Below, piece after piece: positions 61,701 through 64,000 of a DNA stretch of 64,000 bases. The notes under the pieces were generated by a model that saw only the letters and a program-made list of their open reading frames with translations, made no database searches and had not been told where the DNA came from. Position 1 is the stretch's first letter, and each line of letters starts with the position of its first letter. Source of the stretch: Antedon mediterranea (Eukaryota; Animalia; Echinodermata); assembly GCF_964355755.1 (NCBI RefSeq), contig NC_092670.1, forward strand, positions 13,316,795-13,380,794, in the 5' to 3' direction. Both the position numbers and the translations under genes were made by a program.

Positions 61701-63142
61701 TATTTAGTATATTATTCCAAAATATCTAGCATGTTTGAATGTCTAGGTTGTGATAACGTCCGCCCTCTAGCCAATCTATATATAACCTCTTTGGTATAAA
61801 TACTTATTAAATAAAACCAGACCATACTGCATAAGCAGTCAAAATACTGTAATTGGAACACATGAAAATCACCATTTACAATAGCTATATCTAAGGCAAT
61901 TTAACAACAGAATGCTGAGCTCCGTTATATCAAAGGTCGCTACTGTAACTACAACTAGTATGAATTTGTCAAGTAACTATTACAAGTTCCGATCTTAGCA
62001 AGGTGACCTCAGCTTCCTCTGCTTATATTGGCTTGATCTATGTAAGTGAAAATAACAAGTAACTCTGGACTTACTTCTGGGCACTCATAAACTGGACACT
62101 GAATAGATTTACAGAACTCATTTCCGTTGGTCATACATTTACATTCTGTACAGTTATCTTCACTATGCCATGTTGAATTGAACTAAAAAAAAAGAAATCT
62201 TATAATAAATCTAAATAATATATAAATGGATATACTCATAAAAAACAAATGGAATATGGTGGTGTGCCTTTAGTTTTACTTTTGAAATGTATATTGAATA
62301 TTTTACGTTGAAAAAACAAGTGAGGATTACAGGGATGTTTATGAACATGGCAGTGAGAATTTGGAATCTCAGAGGAGCACTTCTTTTATATCACTGTTGT
62401 ATAATTAATATGTAATATCAACAGTAGCATACTTATGTTATAGTGATTTTTTTTATGTGACTGTCATCTTAGTCCTTTTTTATTTATTATTTTTTTGTAA
62501 TGTATATTTGGTTGGTTAAAAAAAAGGGAAAATGAAGATTATTTAGTTTCAAAGGAACAGAAAATGCTAATGATATGTCTGTTTGAGAAGAACAAAAATA
62601 TACATACTGCAATGCACACATCATCCAAGAGGCATCCATTACACTTGTACGGAGTTGTTACTACAGTAGCGTTATTTGTGGTCATAGTACTTAACAGCGT
62701 TGTCAACGTTGTTGGATTAATAGTAGTAACTGTTGAAATAAAATATGAAATAAAATTATTTATTACTATAGTACTATTAAGTAATATGTATTAGAGAAAT
62801 ATTTAGTTTTCTTTTTCCAACTAACACCATTCTAGTATTTTCTTCAGGTTGTTTAATTGTAAATAACATTAACTTATTTTATGAATAACTATACGCACTC
62901 TAGTTTTGATTTTAAAGGTAAATGTGTAAAGCTATGTCTATACTATCAAACTAGTTTGACAGAAAAAGTGTGATGTGCACAAAGTATTGTAGTGATTTGC
63001 CCACATATGTAAATATACAAGCGCATCACAGTTTTTCTGTCAAACTACTACCTTGATAGGGTAGACAAAGCTGTATACATGATTTGTACTTACGTTTTGT
63101 ACAATAACAGCAATCATTCTCTGGAAATATCAAAACTTCATC
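1420..63142 (-). CDS. Giant multi-exon mucin-like mosaic protein (VWC/TIL/LDLa + 14 discoidin-like + PTS + 5 SRCR + CTCK), 5'-partial
   Basis: 92 exons with AG/GT ends and matching phases, in transcript order: 63094-63142, 62608-62729, 62075-62182, 60613-60790, 60178-60231, 59631-59818, 59097-59241, 58135-58383, 57590-57804, 57335-57451, 56877-56967, 56219-56692, 55701-55778, 55118-55276, 53963-54252, 53619-53778, 53227-53373, 52697-52977, 51982-52147, 51186-51704, 50781-51043, 50273-50420, 48517-49002, 47861-48025, 47484-47740, 46850-47018, 46346-46534, 45691-45941, 44887-45016, 44359-44532, 43677-44126, 43288-43544, 42784-42931, 42207-42653, 41708-41961, 41327-41483, 39628-39960, 39242-39510, 38941-39094, 38178-38378, 37433-37704, 36867-37032, 36253-36428, 35083-35199, 34517-34574, 33867-34003, 33579-33624, 32804-33085, 32370-32405, 31211-31491, 30020-30142, 29100-29181, 27585-27899, 27027-27341, 26092-26406, 25520-25834, 23551-23868, 23204-23242, 22551-22585, 21933-22046, 21335-21445, 20939-20981, 20162-20236, 18238-18423, 17890-17919, 17090-17367, 16533-16686, 15668-16222, 15240-15502, 14755-14902, 14110-14481, 13691-13875, 13211-13318, 12454-12889, 12063-12331, 11701-11854, 10859-11371, 10319-10528, 9923-10191, 9624-9777, 8954-9436, 7832-8121, 6857-6995, 6188-6349, 5423-5667, 4863-4998, 4357-4653, 4123-4152, 3856-3884, 3424-3528, 3056-3098, 1420-1754. 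Hand sum is 19,041 nt, a multiple of 3 from a phase-0 start, ending in TAA. Confidence 0.88.
2224..2365. mobile_element. MITE family 1 (TIR about AAGCTCTGTCTACACTATCAAA), copy 1
   Basis: aagctcggtccacaatatcaaa ... tttgatagtgtagaccgtgctt around a core gtgcccatatatggacatgat...tcactaccat; related copies at about 37066-37220, 37281-37400, 47063-47182 and 62929-63072. Confidence 0.75.
3056..3884 (-). CDS. VWC domain split over three small exons, preceding the CTCK
   Basis: CMYNGVRYS / PGETIPNNDPCSTEICTYDGIQDERVECEPLDCPN / GNPVTLEGECCPVC; ends in the CCPxC motif. Confidence 0.88.
4123..4653 (-). CDS. Thr-rich PTS exons (4357-4653; 30-nt micro-exon 4123-4152)
   Basis: TTETTHVTTTTETTTRKPTT...; both exons are phase 1-1. 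Confidence 0.85.
4863..5667 (-). CDS. Discoidin (F5/8C)-like domain 14 (two exons)
   Basis: PACYEPLTEE...AWVETTFLYPVQLAAIVF... / ...KVKIVF...AVKFSFRGCRVE; N-terminal C-x-E-P-L and C-terminal hydrophobic-x-GC resemble F5/8C. Confidence 0.65.
6857..8121 (-). CDS. Discoidin-like domain 13 (two exons)
   Basis: PCRKSLGV...SPWSPS...LLVRFSKPIQLMGVDVQG...FVVSY...WIDI / ...KALKISV...FRANLIGC; closest in the window to the canonical F5/8C pattern. Confidence 0.75.
7392..7801. mobile_element. Non-autonomous DNA transposon with about 130-bp TIRs and TTAA TSD (Kolobok-like)
   Basis: ttaa|AGGACAACTTGACCAAGGACCATATTTT...CGTAAATTGCTGT mirrored by ACAGCAATTTACG...AAATATGGTCCTTGGTCAAGTTGGCCT|ttaa. TTAA with purine-purine termini fits Kolobok. 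Confidence 0.85.
8222..8808. mobile_element. hAT-like non-autonomous element with subterminal repeats
   Basis: AGGGGTTGTCAAACACACGGCC ... GGCCGTGAGTTTGACGACCCCTG, with repeated GGCCAGCCTGTGGTCCCGAGGGCGCTAGACA units in inverted orientation at the two ends; no clear 8-bp TSD. Confidence 0.8.
8954..12889 (-). CDS. Two tandem type-A discoidin-like domains (11, 12) with flanking PTS exons
   Basis: ECVEPLRQLKE..ENLRETNNGEDVDSETTTSGWSIVI.DWL.VTYTQPLRVTGVDIKSQ..SFTVQY / VFNKDLTG...IKIEITVVEV...TVEFVGCIEY at 12063-12331+11701-11854 and 9923-10191+9624-9777. Confidence 0.8.
10859..11371 (-). repeat. Coding 39-bp tandem repeat (EMPPTTTTILPTT)n
   Basis: About 9 units of ggtggcatctctgttgttggcagaattgttgtggttgtt; the same unit occurs in exons 8954-9436, 14110-14481 and 48517-49002. 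Confidence 0.95.
13211..13875 (-). CDS. TIL-like and VWC-like exons
   Basis: CGEECNCDAGCD...CPCEDGYYRDDTWGMCIRTTDECPCEYKGQTYS / YNEVFWEGECSRCVCNAEGKTEC..., continuing into GCCQC in the next exon. Confidence 0.85.
14582..14689. repeat. Near-perfect intronic palindrome (52-bp arms, 4-nt loop)
   Basis: acaacacatcatagtaaatac...cagtatagc-aatc-gctatactg...gtatttacaatgatgtgttgt; one mismatch. Confidence 0.92.
14755..15502 (-). CDS. Type-B discoidin-like domain 10
   Basis: ECVEPLRQIKEGLEKVRTTNDGKDAESMTSGWDITPNDWLKVTYTQPLRVTGIDIK... / VFEKDLTGSNRVLFPGDG...LEFVGCIEY; paralogous to 42784-43544 and 50273-51043. Confidence 0.8.
15668..16222 (-). repeat. Coding PTS repeat exon (EMPTTTT / EMPPTT units)
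   Basis: Mixed 18/21/24-bp units; 555-nt phase 1-1 exon. Confidence 0.9.
16533..17367 (-). CDS. Discoidin-like domain 9
   Basis: ECYEEIS...INIKFSKLTRVTAVDI...YKFVVSY / ...IKSISLRI...FTVGLRGC. Confidence 0.7.
17890..23242 (-). CDS. VWC-like, short PTS and TIL-like exons C-terminal to the SRCR block
   Basis: LICEHRDTLYQ / PGESYTESCEECTC... / PDSIKFVPEKCKECEC... / GYELVSGPTICCYC / KPLNFNCTHTT... / CEERCVCRVGC...CDCEEGYYNSNGRCVVPPEC. Confidence 0.8.
19037..20111. mobile_element. Non-autonomous DNA transposon, about 45-bp TIRs (PIF/Harbinger-like ends)
   Basis: ta|AGGCCCTGTTCAGACCCATGGCGTTAGACCGTTTTAGCGTAC ... GTACGCTAAAACGGTCTAACGCCATGGGTCTGAACAGGGCCT|ta; internal partial TIR copies; no transposase ORF. 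Superfamily is tentative. Confidence 0.85.
22182..22366. mobile_element. Short MITE-like repeat
   Basis: agctttcgattttcgacgacaa ... ttgtcgttcatcggaaatcgaaagct inverted ends; the core (ggtttgatggt..gtccagg..attga.ctgaccta) recurs at about 13520-13600. Confidence 0.55.
23551..27899 (-). CDS. Five SRCR domains (6-Cys, group A pattern), one per exon
   Basis: Exons 27585-27899, 27027-27341, 26092-26406, 25520-25834 and 23551-23868, each RLVxG...GRVE(V/I)...G.WGT(V/I)CDD.W...A.V.CRMLG...C.G.E..I..C...H.CGH.EDA.V.C; all phase 1-1, 315-318 nt. Confidence 0.97.
24255..24918. mobile_element. CMC/EnSpm-like non-autonomous element
   Basis: aa|CCCATAACAAAAAGTCTTAGTAGAT ... ATCTACTAATTTTTTTTGCTTTGGG|aa: CCC termini with a 2-bp TSD; internal direct repeat of about 115 bp (24487-24603 vs 24652-24766). 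Confidence 0.65.
28030..28660 (+). mobile_element. 5'-truncated LINE 3' end (CR1/L2/Crack-like ORF2 C-terminus)
   Basis: YGIEVWGSTYKTYLQPICIIQK...ITFS.FNASSSPIFKQLNII.V.KL...TR...L.IPK.RT..G...ISF.G.KFWNNL matches the post-RT region of CR1-group LINEs; AATAAA near 28648. Confidence 0.85.
29100..37704 (-). CDS. Central cysteine-rich block: TIL-VWC-TIL-VWC-VWC-PTS-LDLa-TIL(divergent)-VWC
   Basis: Examples: CSQHEVYKCGCTNNC..CVERCHCIDGYV..CIRDYACPCYYQG; ECGPGLEWTDYC...CKPGCQCPDNLYFNGTHC; CVYDNVVYSVGETW..ECKTCSC; LDLa CWSCGDGSVLYSDDLVCNGEWNCENGKDEEDC. Confidence 0.88.
31581..32241. mobile_element. Unclassified TIR element
   Basis: TATAACATCTAAATAGATTCCTGTCATTTGA ... TCAAATGACAGGAATTTATTTAGGTGTTATA; about 31-bp TIR with 2 mismatches. 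Confidence 0.7.
35868..35920. repeat. (TTA)n microsatellite
   Basis: ttattattactattattattattattattattattattactgttattattatt. Confidence 0.9.
36535..36676. mobile_element. Short Harbinger-like MITE
   Basis: ttggttcacactagagatgcaa ... ttgcgtctctagtgggaaccaa; related fragments (gtgattggtcaaat) at about 33760-33845 and 36120-36210. Confidence 0.6.
37066..37400. mobile_element. MITE family 1, two adjacent copies
   Basis: tacactatcaaactag...gtagacagagc and aagctctgtctacactatcg...ttgatagtgtagacaga. Confidence 0.7.
38178..55276 (-). CDS. Array of eight discoidin-like domains (1-8) alternating with PTS exons
   Basis: Exon pairs 53963/53619, 52697/51982, 50781/50273, 47484/46850, 45691/44887, 43288/42784, 41708/41327 and 39242/38941; each has an N-terminal Cys, a V.F..P..VT strand and a C-terminal GC, with phase pattern 1-0-1. 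Confidence 0.8.
38560..38820 (+). mobile_element. Degenerate SINE copy related to 60917-61177
   Basis: actcgctctatgttgtggtggtagaacaagtattctcggataaggacta is shared with 60935-60982. Confidence 0.6.
40150..41150 (+). mobile_element. Decayed LINE 3' fragment with C-terminal Cys/His motif and (TTA)n tail
   Basis: Frameshifted remnants LYGELGW, KFKARSN*LPIE and CLLCNCGERETLYHFVF, then AATAAA and (TTA)n at about 41120-41150; clade uncertain (RTE-X-like). Confidence 0.65.
43677..44126 (-). repeat. Coding 24-bp repeat (EMPPTTTT)n
   Basis: ggtggcatttctgttgtggttgtt units; the same unit occurs in exons 39628-39960, 42207-42653 and 51186-51704. Confidence 0.95.
44999..45210. repeat. Triplicated 70-bp unit spanning a splice acceptor
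   Basis: tgagaa.tctcca..ttctgt...aagaatattata recurs at about 45000, 45070 and 45141. Confidence 0.8.
47063..47182. mobile_element. MITE family 1 copy
   Basis: tgtctatactatcaaac ... gtttgatagtgtagaca. Confidence 0.7.
48284..48496. repeat. 24-bp intronic minisatellite, about 9 copies
   Basis: Unit atacacatctcaggtacccatgaa. Confidence 0.92.
49064..50228. mobile_element. About 1.15-kb intronic insertion with about 160-bp internal inverted arms
   Basis: 49166-49330 is the reverse complement of about 49918-50073 (gcgattttttttttcgtacataa...cccctcatgaaacgtcac...gtgcacccaagcgtatagcaaca); absent from the paralogous introns 14482-14754 and 42654-42783. Confidence 0.75.
54919..55104. mobile_element. 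Tc1/mariner (pogo/Tigger-like) MITE
   Basis: ta|CAGTCAACTCTCCCAATACCGGAC ... GTCCGGTATTGGGAGAGTTGACTG|ta: perfect 24-bp TIR and TA TSD. Confidence 0.92.
56219..56692 (-). CDS. PTS exon with acidic (EMP) then basic (KMP/RMP) repeats
   Basis: ...EMPPTTEMPTTT... changes to KMPPTTKMPTTTKMPPTTKLPPTT...RMPTTTRMP. Confidence 0.88.
56877..63142 (-). CDS. Upstream cysteine-rich block: VWC, LDLa, TIL and VWC-like exons with short PTS linkers
   Basis: FNSTWHSEDNCTECKC..; GKCCKEC..CISDFLVCDGKCDCPPRCRDEH (LDLa-like); CACQGDRVYNGTHCIPKHNCHCTYNGQTY; VGEKWYPETCRECLC; CRCVAPLVQDDGYC. Confidence 0.85.
60917..61177 (+). mobile_element. tRNA-derived SINE with Deu/Nin-like central domain
   Basis: B-box-like GGTTCGATGCC, then TCTTCTCGGATAAGGACTATAAACC..GGTCC...TAAAGAACCC...AAGAGTAAGGGGTTACCCCGG, resembling the Deu-domain consensus as I recall it; (TAAAA)n tail. 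Confidence 0.65.
62929..63072. mobile_element. MITE family 1 copy
   Basis: aagctatgtctatactatcaaactagtttgacagaaaaa ... tttttctgtcaaacta..ttgatagggtagacaaagct. Confidence 0.75.
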
Positions 63143-64000
63143 CTAGATAAATTATAAACAATACATAGTAAAACTTTTATGATTGCAATTAAAAATTAAT
63201 AAATTATAAAACAAAAAAAAACAATTCGTTTTATTTCAACACAATTTAATGAAAAAAGAAATTCAACAAACTAAACATCACTAATTTCATGATGGGAAAA
63301 CAGTATTGTGGAGCTGTTTGTTGTGTTTGATGCTAGCCTTCCAATCCTTTGGTGGCTAGGATAGCATAGGCAGGACTTAAAACTACAAAGTTACAGTATC
63401 ACTATTAAGTAAAATAGAGATTTAAAAGATTAAATTAGTAATCGGGACTTTTAGATTTTCACGTCGACTGCTACCCTAGTACGTTTATGATATGTGCTAG
63501 GCGACTGGTACGTCGACTAGCAAATTTGTTGATGTTCCCTCTGTGACATGAGTACCCAGTAGACGTATGACGTCATAAAACTGCAAAAGTTTACCCTAAA
63601 TCATGGCTGAGAATCTCGCATTGATTTCTTGAGAATGAAGTAGTATTTTCAGTCAAATTATATTTGCAAACTGTCAATTATTGATTTGTATTGGTAATTT
63701 TAAATAAAGCTTTTAATAATACAGATTATGGCCTGGATCTTATCACTAGGATACCAGCCTTCATTCAGAAAATTAAGGATCTCGGCTAGGCCTAAGCTAC
63801 ACACTTAGCCTACCCTATATCACCGGGCCATCACGGTGGAATAACACCATGGATAGAGATTACAAGGTTAGATCCCAAGGCCATTACGTCATACGTTCAC
63901 TGGCACATCAACATAAATGTCCACCTAATCTAAAAGTTCTTACATGACCCATGTAGACGTGACAGTCGTGTGAACGTTTACTAAATATAAAAGCCGGTAT

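Noticed and set aside
1420-63142. Assigning a gene symbol such as SSPO, MUC2, MUC5, VWF or Hml
   Set aside because: No TSP1 repeats (required for SCO-spondin) and no VWD in the window; the architecture matches none of these, so orthology cannot be claimed.
63443-63940. Possible TIR element (gggacttttagatt ... aatctaaaagttct) with a nested short inverted repeat
   Set aside because: Inverted match is only about 13 bp and no TSD is clear; too weak to call.

Overview
This is AT-rich eukaryotic (invertebrate-like) genomic DNA, not a prokaryotic window. Almost all of it (1420-63142, minus strand) is the 3' part of one giant spliced gene. Reading GT-AG boundaries by eye gave 92 phase-compatible coding exons, about 19.0 kb or 6,350 codons; the 5' end lies beyond base 64000. 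The product is a mosaic mucin-like protein of the VWF/gel-forming mucin/SCO-spondin/hemolectin superfamily. Order in the window, N to C: VWC/LDLa/TIL cysteine-rich block; 8 degenerate discoidin (F5/8C)-like domains alternating with Thr/Pro/Glu/Met-rich (EMPPTTTT) mucin exons; TIL/VWC/LDLa block; 5 SRCR domains; VWC/TIL; 6 more discoidin-like/PTS units with one TIL-VWC insert; VWC; 11-Cys C-terminal cystine knot. Discoidin modules were recently duplicated within the gene, introns included, up to 35 kb apart, and two SRCR exons are homogenised. Introns hold many MITEs, two LINE 3' fragments, a Deu-domain-like SINE, a near-perfect hairpin and a 24-bp minisatellite. Most ORF-track entries are exon fragments or shadow frames of the PTS repeats. 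All coordinates and family calls are manual, with no database search.
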